Positions 35,001 to 48,600 of a stretch of DNA of 64,000 bases are shown in pieces. The first letter of the stretch is position 1. Every line of letters starts with the position of its first letter. The notes below the pieces were generated by a model that was not told where the DNA came from, did not search any database, and saw nothing but the letters and a program-made list of their open reading frames with translations. Made by a program: the position numbers and the translations under genes. This DNA comes from Cirrosporium novae-zelandiae (taxonomy: Eukaryota), in contig JAPETS010000003.1 of the NCBI GenBank assembly GCA_026023565.1, forward strand, positions 1,054,001 to 1,118,000, in the 5' to 3' direction.

Positions 35001-35548
35001 GATGCATCGCCACTAAGTGGAGTCGAGGAGCTCCCATTTCTAGCCATTGATTGTCGATCTGGGATATCCATGGGACGCGCCCTAGGCGTGGTTTCATCCT
35101 CCCCATCAATTGATGTCCGGGGTTGGCTCCCACTGAAGGCTATTTGCTGCGGCGGTGACTGTTCGTCAACATTTTTACGTATACGGAGTGGACTCGAATA
35201 TGTAGGTGCTGACGGAGCAATTGGGGGTCTGGTGGATCCATTACTCTTTGTGAGATGAAGGGATGGAGAGAAGAGGTTTGCTGGCCGACTTGATCTTCCA
35301 AATACTCTAGGAGTTTCGTCAAGGTTTTGGAAAGCTCTGAAGACGGCCTTGACCTTCTTTTTGGCGGTCTATATTCATGTTTAGCAATTTATCTCAAAGG
35401 AGAAGTATATTTATTCAAAGGATACCTTATAGTCGAAATATTTAGCTCTCCATTCAGGAACTAGCTCCTCCTCAAGCTCTCTATGAATAGTTAGCACAAG
35501 GATACCGTTGAATTGATGGGGGGCAAATATATACTTGGCGAACTTCAT
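32037..35548 (-). CDS. SYG1: SPX-EXS domain protein (SYG1/XPR1/PHO1 family phosphate exporter)
   Basis: Starts MKFAK at 35548, then ELVPEWRAKYFDYK after an intron. SPX helices: [97 protein letters not shown]. Multiple introns; a further tiny 3' exon is possible. Confidence 0.93.
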
Positions 35549-37136
35549 ATTCAACGGAAAAGGAGTTCCGAAGCAGAATTGAAGTATTCAGCCGGCATAC
35601 TGGCGAGGAAACAAGAGGAAACAAGAGGAAACAATTTGTTTTGGTGTTTTTGGTCGACTGAAGAATAAAAAATTCCCTTTCTGGTTTGGCGTAACAGTTA
35701 ATTAACGCTCTCCCCCACACACCCACATTGTACAAGTGCCCGCATGAAGCCCCTTGTTGTGACATCACTGGTGTAACGAGTGAACTCCTATCTATTGACA
35801 TGTATGTTTTTAATTAACCATCGATATTTTCTGAAGAATTCTCATAATCTATACATTGGATTTATAATCATGCCCCGTTACAATATCATGTTTTATATTT
35901 CCGTGTCCTCAATTCTTACTTTTCGTTGGTCTGTGGCTGACGAGTTAATGGTTGTTAGGTGTGAATGGACTAATATCGTTAATTAGGTCAGGTGAGGTTC
36001 CTTGGAAGCTACTGTTGCCAAGTTAGCTAGCAATCCAACCCATACCTTGAATGATTGATATCCTAGATTAGGGCAGTCAATTGACTCCCCATTTCATGTT
36101 ATCCCTCAACAAACTGCAACCTCCAGGTGAATGCTTAGATCAAAAAGTTTTACCTTTCTACTTGAATGACTATCCTCCGGTTGGCGTTCAACCATAGGTA
36201 AAACATGCTTGTTCCCCGAAGGGACAAGGGACAATATCTCAAGCCCTGAGCTATAGAGAATCAGGTTTGATAAATTAACACCAGTCATGAACAAATTTGG
36301 AGATATACCTCTGACATGGTGAAAATGTTGACCGAAAGCTAGAAGAAAGGAGAAAATAACGTTGACCAATGGTACAGTACAACCATGCTATTCAGCGATA
36401 TTCCCAAGTTTCATAGTGTAACCTTTAAAATCTTATAAAAGTCAAGAGAAATATATTTCATTTAGCGGGAGGGAAAGATATGTTAAATATTTCACTCGGG
36501 GGTTTCCATAGAGTAGAAATCAAATAAAGGAATAGCATTTTGTTCCAGGACCAAACCCAAGGTAAGCCCTATGGTGTCCTGCATTCAACAAGATTCAATA
36601 CTTCTGCAGGTAATCTCAGCATGAGGGTAGAATATAGAATATCCATAGGCATATTTTGAAGGGAGAAGCTCTTCGGTGGCATGATGGAAAATGAGAGGAG
36701 TTATCGAGTTTTTCTTAACCAATAGCTAGGGAGTCAGGTAGGACGGATAGATAGGTAGATAGGTAGATACTACCGAAGGGTGAGACAGGCACAATAATCC
36801 GGTCAGGGGATATGCCGGACATATGAACCTTGGCAACTTGTAGCCTCGTAAAATACCATTCAGTATTATTAATACATCCATCTCCGAAATTCTTCCTCCA
36901 AATAATACCAAGATTTCAATATTCCCACTTCTCTGTACATCCCCCTCTCCCCCCACCCCAAAAATGGTATCATACATTCCTTCTAACAATATCGTCCAGC
37001 CATGTTAAATCACAATCTTTCAAACAACCCTTGGCAAGGGAGACGGTGCAGCTTTTCTAGAGATCTTGTATCCCCATTATTCCACTGAAAAGACTCGTAG
37101 GATAGTTGTAGCTCATTAGCACAAGAAAGGCTATAC

Positions 37137-38794
37137 CTACAAATCTCCAAATACCTTCTCTTCCATCTCCGCCACCTTTTCTGCCAATTGACGGACTTCT
37201 TCCCGACTCAGAGTCCCATACTCAGAAACATAGACATCCACATATTCCTTAGGTACCCATTCAAAGTATATGTTATGGATCTTGAGACCTCCGGCCAAGG
37301 CGTCTTGATATTCACTCTCCTTCTCAGACTTAAAAGACCAACTCTCGCTAACTTCTTCTGGGTTATTTTCCTCTACCACATGCTCGAGTGCTCCCGGCTT
37401 AGCAATCTTGTCAACTTCTGCCAGAATAACCACATCAACCTGCCTATCTCCAGCAAGCTTCTTGGCACAGAGCACTGCTGGAAAGCTCCCAGTCTTGTTA
37501 CTCACGTCTCCTTCTCCAGATATTCGATCAGCACCAAGTAGTACCATATCAATATCTTTGGCCATCATGGCAACATGGCTATCTGGAGCTAGTTTGACGT
37601 TGAGGCGATCGGGCCCGATGCCTTGCCCGCGGAGCTCAGAAAGGAATAAAGAGCCGAATGTGGCACCCTCGTTTCGAGGACGGGACTCTAACACCCGTAG
37701 CTCAACGCATAAGTTAGGAAATCGCAGAATTGCAGTTGATAGACAGTCTCTAACTGACAAGGATGATGAAAGGGTTAGAATTCTCAATGGTCGATTCTCT
37801 TCTTGGAGCGTGGAAAGCTTCGTCTCCTCTAGCCAGTTGATAAACTGCTGCGCAAGCTTTCCCCCACCCGTATATCGTTCATTAATGACCAGCTCTAACT
37901 TTTTGCCCGCATTATTTCGGAGACGGTCTAGACCTTTTTGACCCTCCATTTTATACCACAGAATGCTAACATTCTTCAACCAACCCTCGCGCACTGCGCC
38001 TAGGGCTCTCACGACAGCACTGGTTATTGCTGCTCCCATACTAGGTCGCGCATTTGAAAAATGCCAGCTTGATATTCTCAACAGATCCCACAACTCTTTT
38101 GCCGATGTTGCTTTTCCCCCTTCTTCCGGATCGACCAAGACTTTGCGAAGATAACTTACAGCATTAGTAGCTAATTCTCTCGCGCCACTATCATGATCAT
38201 TTTCCAAGGCGGTGATGGCTTCACTTGTAGTAGGTCCAATTATTACACGACTTAAACTTGTGTTTAGATGTGGAACAGTTTCTCCTTTTTTCCCACGCTC
38301 TATCACTTCTGCTGGAGAAACCCATTGGAATTCCGTGTGCTCCCAGTCAATAACGGGCTCCTTATCTTTGCCTTCTTCTGTAGCCGCCGGCCGCAGCATA
38401 AATGCAAAAGGATGGATAGTCCATCGCGTGCTAAGAGACTTGTCGATTATCGAGAAGGGTTTTCCGGCGCGGATAAATTCAAGGTCACTGGAAGTGTAGG
38501 CTGTTTCTTCAACAAGCTCTCGTTCTGCTGCAACTAGGGACGAGGCGTCTGTTTCCTCAATATGACCGGAGCAGGCAGCCCATTTCCCCCTAACGGATCA
38601 GGATTAGTACGAATGTGCCCGAATGAATTTCGGCTGTGAAAGAATAGAGCTTGAAATGCGCACTTGTATGAATGAACTTTCTCACTGCGCTTGAAAATCA
38701 AGACGTGAAGACCTTCGGGGGTATCTTTGCAGACGAAAGAAGAGACAACTAAGCGATGCTTAAGCTCCTGGGGAGGATTCGAGATGCCTGTCAT
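37137..38794 (-). CDS. Nudix hydrolase fused to an IF-2B family (eIF2B alpha/beta/delta, ribose-1,5-bisphosphate isomerase-like) domain
   Basis: Start MTGISNP at 38794, with one intron at ~38662-38591. Nudix part: VVSSFV...LIFKRSEKVHSY.GKWAACSGHIEETD...AAERELVEET...IDWEHTEFQWV. IF-2B part: DHDSGARELA, ARPSMGAAI, TLSSS, ESRPRNEG, LLGADRI, NKTGS, NIYFEWVP. Confidence 0.88.
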
Positions 38795-39185
38795 GGTGCG
38801 GGATGGGAAGTAAAAAGTTTCAAAAGGCCTTATCGATAAGGGCTTGGGGGAGATATTATATTGACATCCGGCAGAGCGGATCCTTAATATGTAGCCCAAG
38901 CTTATCTTGCGAGAGCAATTAATTAATTGCGTTGATTTATATACACAAGCGGGAAAGATTTGTTGATGGAAGGTGGGTATCATTGAGATTGGGTTCAATA
39001 AACAAATAAATGTCAAATCCTTGGCTGGATCGACGAGAATGATGAATCGAATCAACAACAGTTTAAATTAATTAATCAGGTGATCATCACCTTTGTTCTA
39101 TTTATCTATATCAAAAAATACCAATCTCATACCAGAGAAATATCTCTGTCCTTATTAGTCATTAAATCTATTCGAAAATTTGCAC

Positions 39186-40085
39186 TCATGTTAGCCTGTC
39201 TCCCTTTTCTGCCATAGCCCACCGGTCAACCGACGACCGGGCAGAACTACCATCACCGAACACATAATATTGTACACCCAAGCATATATCACAACCGAAT
39301 TGGAACATTCCACAAAGCTTGAAGGGCCAGGGGATTAATCCTTGTGAAAAGAAGAAAAATGACATCTTCATCATATCGCCAGCGAGCCAGTTTGCAAGAA
39401 CCGAGGCCCGGAAGCCTTTGCATGAGTGTGCGTTTTGGTTGGAGAGGATCTGAGGAATCGGAAGGATCGCTTCGATGGCAAGGCCAGCATAGCCGAGCAG
39501 GGCAATGTATAATGGAACAGATCCCACAAATAGTTGGAGAAGAGATAAGGTGAGGGTGAAGTAGGCAAGGAATTGCCAGTACCTGCAGTTTCAATTCGCC
39601 ATTAGTGGTCAATCCAAGCCAGAAACTTATATCTATGGACGTACGGTCTCGAGCTCCTCCATTGCCAAAAATTATAGGGTCGAACAATTCTTAATTCTCC
39701 TTCTTTGGAATCATGGAAAGGAATATGCTCGATGCCATCCTTCACACTAGCAACAGGGCGATTGTCGAGAGCGACTTTAAGGAGAACGATTTGCACGACA
39801 ACCATAATACACGCTTGGACTAGGAGCGATAAATCGAAATGCTCGCCGAACCAGTAATACACCCTATTAGAAAGCGAAGTTGGCAGCTAGTTTTTAAGGT
39901 AAAACATTGTCGGTAACATACTTCAAGACGGATGCAACAAGCATGATTAATGGGATGTCGAGCGAGAACCCAGCCGAGCTCTTTGAATTGTGCATACTCC
40001 ATATCTGATCCGAATAGCTCAATAACGGCGATGCCATGAGAAAAAGGGGAGCGACAGAGTCGAAAACTAAAGAAAAAAGACCCAT
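39186..40085 (-). CDS. PQ-loop repeat membrane protein (ANY1/PQLC1-like)
   Basis: SPLLSYSDQI...SAGFSLDIPLIMLVASVLK / YYWFGEHFDLSLLVQA...RPYNFWQW / LGYAGLAIEAILPIPQI..N....SCKGFR..VLANWLAGD. Two introns. Confidence 0.88.
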
Positions 40086-40418
40086 GATGCTGGCGGTGTG
40101 TTGTGGATGGGAGTGAATTTCAAGGCTTGTTCGTCAAAATTAGATAGCATTCATTATGACAATCAATATCACGTCAAAATCGAGTAAGTAGACATAAACA
40201 TAGGGGGTAGATTGTTTGCGGTGGAGGGAATGGTTTATATAGTTTCATGAGGAAATGAACATTTGATACTTTCTAAATCCGCGATTATCGGGAAGAACCA
40301 ATTTCCGACGCCGAGGCTAACCGGGCGTGCCGTGCTAAAAGACCTTCAACCTTTTACATTTAAGAAATTTAGATATTTATGGTATAGATTTATTCTATAT
40401 AACTCTTACTGGTTTCCT

Positions 40419-42460
40419 TCAGTGTACACCACTCATTTCTAGGTATCTCTTCACCATTCCCCAGTACGATTTCCTACTCCTCTCTCTCATTGCCTTTCCC
40501 CATTTTATCATAATCAAAAAAGCCAAACTCACCACCAAGCCAATAAAAGCAGCCGAGATAAAGCAGTTCTGGGTACCAAGGTTATCTATCCAAGGGGTGA
40601 TTCTGTTCGGTCTAAGTCAGAATAATCTTTCTATCATAAATACATCAAAGAACGAGAACACAACAAACCCGTAGTTAATCGCGAAACTCATTGTGTTTCG
40701 AACAATAATCAAAGTCGTCAATGCTTCACCGGCAACTTCTCTATAGCAATCGACTAAATAATTTGTGCTAAGACTAGCGCCGCACGTGTTTTGGAACGCG
40801 AGAGCAGCCATTGCAACCAGCAGGCCGAACCAATGAATATGATGTGCAGCCCCAACGCCCCAGAGGACGAGTGCGGCTGGAGTGACAACAGTACTGATCG
40901 CGAAGAACCAAAGACGTTGTTCTGGCTCATAGATTCCATTATTTCGGCGGCTAAGACGGATGATGAACTGGTCGCTAAAGTGGCCAACGAGTAAAAACCT
41001 ATTATGCTCGGAAGAGAAGTTAGAGACCAACACACCTGTGTAGAGGTGAGTACTAACGCTGAGATTACGCCGATGAGAGCCGAAACATAACTCAGTCCAA
41101 CAATAGAAGTGCTGAAGTTATAAGGAGGCTCGGACAAGATGATACTGGCAGTCCCGTTCAAGACGTTAAACCAAATGAGCGTGGACCCATATGCAAAGCC
41201 AGCTGGTTAATGGTCAGTATCGATTCCGAATAGTGAAATTTAGTATCTCACCGTAAACAACCACAGGCCAGGAGAAGAAATTAACCGTGAGTTTAAATCG
41301 TGGCCACAGCATATTTGGTCTTGGCCTATCCATCAACGACAATTTTTGCAGGAACGTCTTCTGCATATATATATTAACGACTGCAAGTTCTTTCCCCTCG
41401 GCAAGAGCAGACGCAGACTCAGGGGCAGCTTTGATTCCTTTCTCCGGGTCGAAAGCGGTACTTTTCGCAACTAGATCTGGAGCCGAGGTTTCTACGATAC
41501 CAACAGTTTTGCGATCGTAGTTTGTCTCTTCCATAAAGAGGAGTATGAAGATCAAACCAATTCCCAGAAATATGGCTGGCCAATAAAATACCCAATGCCA
41601 GCCTTGGCCGTCGTTAATAAATCCCGTGATTATGGGAGCAATAAAATTGCTCCCAACGAGCATTAAAGAGTACAAGCCCATATAGAATCCTCGCTCGTGC
41701 GCGAAGTACTAGTGGAAATATGAGCACAACAAATGGACAGGATATAGATGGTGAGGCCTACTACGTCTGTAATGGACATTTCGGGGAGAGCTTCGATGGG
41801 GGAGCAGAAAAAGCCAGCGAGAATGCTTCTTCCTATCCATTGACCGTTACCCTCCGAAAAAGGAGCCCAGAGTGTAGTAGCCTACCAGTAACTATCAGCT
41901 AGAAGGGACAAAGTATATCAATTTGAAATTCACTCATACGATTAGACCAACCGTAGATAATATATAAGTTAAACGCTTCCCATATTGCAATGCGAAGGGC
42001 TGCCAGAAAAGAAGACCCCAGCCCGCAAGCAAAAACAGGTAGCCGGTTCCAGAATTGAGATCAGACACTATATCCACTTCAATGAACTCTCTTAAAAGTG
42101 GTGGAAGGTAATCATAGGACCTACCCGATAGTCCCGTTGCATGCGAAAGTGGTACCATGACAGAATAAAGATTGGAATTGCAAATACCATTTACCAGGGT
42201 ATAACTATGAGGTTCAAATAAGTCGCCATTGCAACGAAAAATTGGAAGGTTACGGACATGGCCCAACATGCTGTACTCAAAGATTTTCTTCTCGATGACC
42301 AATTCAATGGGTCATCTGGATCGTCGGACGGTGTTGGGACAAGAACAATATCTTGTTGGCTTTGAGCATGTCTCGTGTGTAATGATTGCTCGATGTCGAC
42401 CAGCTGGACGGTCCCGGGTACCTTTGATTCATCAATTGCTGACGAATTCGGTAAAGCCAT
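40419..42460 (-). CDS. MFS transporter (HOL1-like, DHA1-related)
   Basis: Starts MALPNS...VPGTVQLVD...[16 protein letters not shown]. Further motifs: [63 protein letters not shown]. Ends [15 protein letters not shown]. About 7 introns. Confidence 0.9.
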
Positions 42461-43290
42461 GATGGCGACGAGACCAGTTACGAGATTCTCATCAAACAAC
42501 AAGATTTGTGGGTTATAGACTTCAGCACAATAAGAGAAGTTGGGGAATTTAAATTTATAACGTCATCGGCAGAATTTTCATAGCATTCCCTCGGTAAATG
42601 TTTTCAAAAACGTTGAACTTTCTCGACATGATATTACTGCTGACCCGTAAATTCAAAATAGTGGTCAGCTCAGAATAGATAATGTGATTAAATGGCCTCA
42701 GGCATTATATGCACCATTGCCGTTGCGTATCCTTATCAACCAACGGCAGCGGTCTCGTGTTAACGGAAAGCACAGATGATAACGAATCGGAAAAGTAATG
42801 TATGAGAGAATAAATAGGATAATATGTTGATGGCAAGATTTAAATTCCGGTTGTCGGACGTTTTCATCAAGGTAAAAGTGTCACAGGAACCCCTCTTGAC
42901 GACGGCAAATAATAAACCTTGGTGGGCAAACTAGGGCGGGGACATTTTTGTCGGAGTAAAAGCTACGAGATACGACATTGGAGATATGTGTGCGAGATCT
43001 GAGAGGTTGGATGGACTAGTCCGTCCGAGAGAGCCCACTTGGTCCCGGATTCATGCTAAATATCCGTAACTTATTTCAACGTCACAGGAAACTCCATCTC
43101 CATATATCGGCCCGCTACTATCTCTTCCAAGAATACTCATAGGCCCCCTTCCCCTCAAGATGATTTGAAACAATTTTTTTTATTCTCTTTCTCGTTGTAC
43201 ATATCACACTTTTTGTCTTCATTATATCATATATAAATCTTTCTATTGGCCTGGACTATATATATACTTGTTCGTTTATCGATTATCATT

Positions 43291-45032
43291 ATGACGGTTC
43301 CTGGTTGGAAGCTTGCAATTCAGAAGAGACGAGCGGAGCAGGCTGAGGCAATTCCTCCGGAGTGGCGCCTCAAATCCATTCCAGAATTTGTCAATGCTAA
43401 TTTTATTATTGGAGATTGTGGAATCCTTACCCCGGAGGAGGTTGAAATCACAAACATTACCGATGCAAAGGTTACCTTGTCAAAGATTGCTTCTGGCGAG
43501 TTATCCTGCGTTACCGTCACGACAGCCTTCTGTAAAAGAGCGGCTGTTGCTCAGCAATTGATAAAATGCTGCACCGAGATATTCTTCGACCGAGCCCTAG
43601 CCCGGGCGAAGGAATTAGATGAACATTTTGCTAAGACGGGCAAGACCGTAGGACCCTTGCATGGATTGCCAATGTCATTCAAGGATAGCCAGAATATCAA
43701 AGGCATCGATTCAACAATTGGTTGGGCTGGGTTAATAGGCAAGCCGGCCCAGGAGAACACCGAGGGTGTAGAAATTGCTTTCTCACTGGGTGCAATTGTA
43801 TATGTGAAGACTAATATACCACAATCTCTTATGATGTCTGATTCATATAATCATGTTTGGGGACAAAGCGTCAACGCTTTCAACAAGAACCTCATTTCTG
43901 GAGGGAGTTCCGGTGGTGAAGGCGCGTTGCTAGGTGCTCGAGGTAGTCTTGTAGGAATTGGCACAGATATCGGGGGCTCAGTCAGAATTCCTGCAGTTTT
44001 GCAAGGTCTTTATGGCTTGTGTCCCACCGTTGGCCGAGTACCGAATCCAGAGTCATGCAAAGTACAGCAATATCTTGTACCTCCAGTAACAGGACCACTG
44101 ACAAACACCATCTCGTCTCTTGAGACATACATGGAAGCCCTGACAGAGTCAGAGCCCTGGAAACTTGACGCACATCTGATCCCTATTCCATGGAGGAAAG
44201 ACCTTACCCTGCCACCCGAGAGAAAACTCAAAATTGCTTTCCTGGTTGACGATGGAATCCTCAAGCCGCAGCCACCCGTTGAGCGCACAACACTAGAAAT
44301 GATGGAGAAATTCAGGAACCATGGTCATGAAGGTACCGAAACCCTTTCCACTCTGTCCTAGAATATAATATTAATCAATCCACCAACGTAGTCATTGAAT
44401 GGGATCCTCTATCTGATTCTACCTCTCACCCCAAGGGCTATGATATTTGGCTTAAATGCATCCTTGCAGATGGTGGCGTTAAATGCCGCAGGTACTGCAA
44501 CTTTGTGTCGCCCGCCGAGCCTCTGATCGAGGGAATGCTTGTTGGCACTGCATCTGACCTTCTTTCCACCCAAGAACGCCAAGAAGCGCACGACATAAAG
44601 ACACGCTACCAGCTGGCCTACCTGAAGGCCTGGACGGCTAGCGGCATCGATGCCCTGATTATGCCGGTGCAACCGTGGGTTGCATTTCCACCGAAAGCAT
44701 GGGTGCGGAGTAAACATAAATGCTCGTATACTGCCATATGGAACTTATTGGATTATACTGCCTTGACCATCCCTGCTTCCAAAGTAGACCCAACGCTAGA
44801 CCAGATAGGGGAAGAATGGAAAGCGTATGAAGGGAAGTATCGGAGTGAAAGCGATGAGTTCATTTATAAGCAGTATGATGTTGAGCTGGTTAAAAACATG
44901 CCAGTGGGCCTGCAGGTTGTGACAGGACGATTTGGAGAGGAGAAAGCAGTTGGAATCGCCAAACTAATTGAATCATTTGGGATCAAGGGGGAATCAGAAA
45001 AAGTGATGAATGGAAATGAGTTGAAAAATTAA
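43291..45032 (+). CDS. Amidase-signature family enzyme (acetamidase/general amidase)
   Basis: GPLHGLPMSFKD (catalytic Lys), YVKTNIPQ, GGSSGGEG, GTDIGGSVRIP (Ser-cisSer), YTAIWNLLDY and PVGLQVV. One intron at ~44333-44391. Confidence 0.95.
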
Positions 45033-45636
45033 GAAATGATATAAATGAAATGGAAATGAAAACAATTATTATTATTTTGCTTTATGTGGGGTTATGTAAG
45101 ATAGTTATGTATGGCAACAAGGAAAATGGTTGTTAAGGAGGCTGGAAGGCTGGGAGGCAGGATGGTTAGAAGGTTAATAGTTGGATCTGTTTGGATACTT
45201 TTGTACCACAGTACTACGACAACTTGGAGACTTGGTGACTTGGCAGCGTTTAGACTCTAAATTTAGAGTTTGTCGGACCTGACAACAAGATACTCAGATC
45301 AACTAAACCTATTACGGTACAGAATATCAAGACAAAAACAACTACGCAACTCCAACTTCATGATAAAGTACAAGACATTCCCTCCTTGTGAACCTTCGTG
45401 ACCTTGCTTTTAATAAATAATTACCATAAAGTTCCCCCCTCCCACCCCACCTACGAGCTTTCTCCTGCTCGGCCTTCTTTCTTTCTTAACTTAGACGCCT
45501 GGAGCGGAGTTCAAATACCAAAGCACGTCACGAAGCCCCCATCCAATCCAATTCCAGATCATCTACGCGAAATCGCCAAATCACAACACAGGCTTCATGA
45601 CCCGTCAATTACCAACCAATTTACGTTCCTTGAAAA

Positions 45637-48600
45637 ATGGCAACTGCAGCTCCAGCGTTACCCTCTCGTTTTCCTTGCTGGTGTCGGGCAGTCTACTCCT
45701 GGGGCGGCGAAACGAAACGCGACCTGGGCTTCATCGAGGGGGATTTGATAGAATGTCTTAATGCTGGGGATGGATCATGGTGGATGGGGAGGTTGAGACG
45801 AGACAAAAGGATGATGGGCCTATTTCCTTCGAACTTTGTCGAAGTTTTGCCTGAAGATTTTCGGCCACCGAGCGGTTCTTTACGCCATAATGGGTCGAGA
45901 GCAACGAGCCCCCAGCCATCAAGTATCCCAAAGAAGGCAAAAACCTTTCGCAAGCCATTTCAGGCATACAATGAGGTCAAAGGGCCATCCGGGACGTCGG
46001 CTCGAACAAACGGCGCGGCTTCTTCATCTATCCCGCAAAAGACAAAAAGCTCATACACAAAACCATTCCAAGCATATGCCCGAGCAAACCATCCCAACCC
46101 AGCGGCCGTGGCACGCGAGAATCTCTCCCGAATGTCCTCATCCGATACCAAACAAACCCCCTTTCGACCATCCTCAAGAGACAACAGACAAGCTCCCTAT
46201 CGGACGTCTTCCAAGGACACTAGGGTGTCGCATTTGCGAGCATCCTCATTTGATAACAGACAATCTCCTTCCCGAAATTCATCTACCGATAATAGGCTTG
46301 TGCGACACCAGCCATCTTATTCAGATAGCAGGCAACCACAGCAGATATATCACCGACCGTCTTATTCGGAAAACATGGAAATACACCCCATACAGCATAG
46401 GCCATCCTATTCGGAAGACATGCAAACACGCCAAATACAGCACCGGCCATCTTATTCTGAAAATGTTGAGGTGCAACGCAGGCCATCTTATGTGGACAAT
46501 ATGCAGATACAGCCAATGCAACATAGACCATCTTATTCGGACAATATGCAAATCCAACAGATACAGCACCGACCATCTTATTCAGAAGATGCCGAACCAC
46601 AGCGCAGACCGTCTTATGTAGACAACATGCAGATACAGCAAATACAGCACCGATCATCCTATTCAGAGAACTTTGAAATGCAACGTAGGCCATCTTATGC
46701 GGACAACATGCAGATACAGCAGACACAACATCGGGCGTCCTCTTCAGAGAGCAGAATGGACATGGCCTTGGTTCCATATCGGATGCCTTCAACGGATAGT
46801 CGACAAATACCTTCACGAATGTCGTCAATTGATGATAGACAACAAATGCATTCTCGGATGTCGTCGTATGATGATGGGGAGCAGACTTCCAGAATGCCAT
46901 CGATAGATGACCGGCGGGTGCCCTCTCGGATGCCGTCCATAGACGACAGGCAAGTACCTTCGCGGATGAGTTCAATAGACGATAGGTCGTATAATCCAGG
47001 AGATGCATCTCCTACCGCGTTTGAAGGGTATCATTCTAGGAGTCACTCTCCTAGTCCTATGCTAGATCATGGCTCTTCGCCGCCTCCCCCACCGCCGCCC
47101 CACAGAGTAACCTACAGTTCTCAGCAGCGAGCTTCTGCTACGCCTTCTCCTACACCTTCAGCCATGAATGATCGATACCCTACAATATCACGGCAGCCTT
47201 CACCAGCACCTCCTTCCACCGAAGCATATGACCATACTCCTTCGCCTTTGAGAGATGCCATGGATGACGTTATGTCATCTTTGCAAGACATGGAACTTCG
47301 ACCTGGCCCTCCATCTCCCTCACCAGGCGCCCCCTCACCCGAACCCCTTGACCCTTGGTCACCATCTGCTTTCGATGATATTCATCGCCAAGCTTCTTCC
47401 AGAGCTCGTATGCGACCCCGAACATCATTAGGAATCGGAAGCAAAGAAGAAGAGGACGACTATGACGATTATGATTCAAATGAGCAGAACCAGGCCTTCG
47501 GGAATAATTATCAAGACAGGCCCCCAGAACTAAATAATTATGTGCAACGAATGGAAAGTAGGCTTCGACAGATGCAAGCACAGGAATCACATCCACCACC
47601 AACACCAACCCACGGAGATCCCAGCAGAGGTCCAGAACCGCCTCCAAAGGACTCTCCTTATTATGCGCGTCCATATTCAGCGATGGGTAAACCAACTTCG
47701 TCAAGCGCGGTTGAACTTAATAGCCGACTGAAACAAAAGATATCGGCCTGGGAGCTTGGTAGAAATTCTACGGTCAAGTCCAACTCCACAAACGCTTCAA
47801 GCGGAGTGCAAAGCAACGCGACGACTAGTACCAATTCCTCAGGGCCAAGTCTTATGAGTGGGCAATCTGCTGGAGGATTTAGTGCTACAAGCGCCGGAAG
47901 TCTTGCCAGACGGGCAGCCAGGTTCGGGAGCATGAGGAAGAGCAGGCCGATGAGCGCATTTGGGCACAGAAGTAATGACATGTATGATCGTGCGATGGCT
48001 AGCTCAAGGCCAGACACACCCATGACGGGTATTTCATATCATTCAAGCCATGACTCAAAAAGTGGTTCCACAGCTCATGCATCAGCCAATGTTTCAGAAA
48101 CGGCAGGGATATTTGGAGGACTTGCTGTGCCAAAACCGAAAAAGAGTGGCTTCTTCAAGAAGATCTTTGAATCCGCGAAGACAGGTGCAGCAAGCGCAAG
48201 AAGCAATATTAGTCAACATAGTCGACCGAATTCCCCCACAAAGCACATGGGACCCAACGGGATAACCGCCATTGCAGGTGGTACCACAGCAAGCAACATG
48301 GGACTTGGAGGAACGATGGATTGGATGGAGGTTAGGCGCGATGTGAATAGATCTAACTCTCTAAGTCTAATTGAGAAAAATGAACGAAAAGATAGATGCG
48401 CAATGATGGACCATCCAGTTATTGACCCTGTTGGGGTCTTATACGAAGCCGCAGAAGGCGATGAAAGTATTGATGGACTTCCTGTATCAGAACCGACCAA
48501 CTTCCAAGTTGTTGCGAACCTAGCCCTGGTCGACAAGAGTGCAAGATTTATTAATAGCATACCGCCAATGGTGAACGCTGTGAGCTTATCTCAGGGATAT

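Noticed and set aside
46297..46990. CRISPR-like repeat/spacer appearance
   Set aside because: The repeats are degenerate, in-frame and coding, in a eukaryotic gene, with no cas genes.
45836..47008. Long overlapping ORFs (45836-46621 +, 46283-47008 -) inside CYK3
   Set aside because: They are by-products of the tandem repeats, with no independent coding signal.
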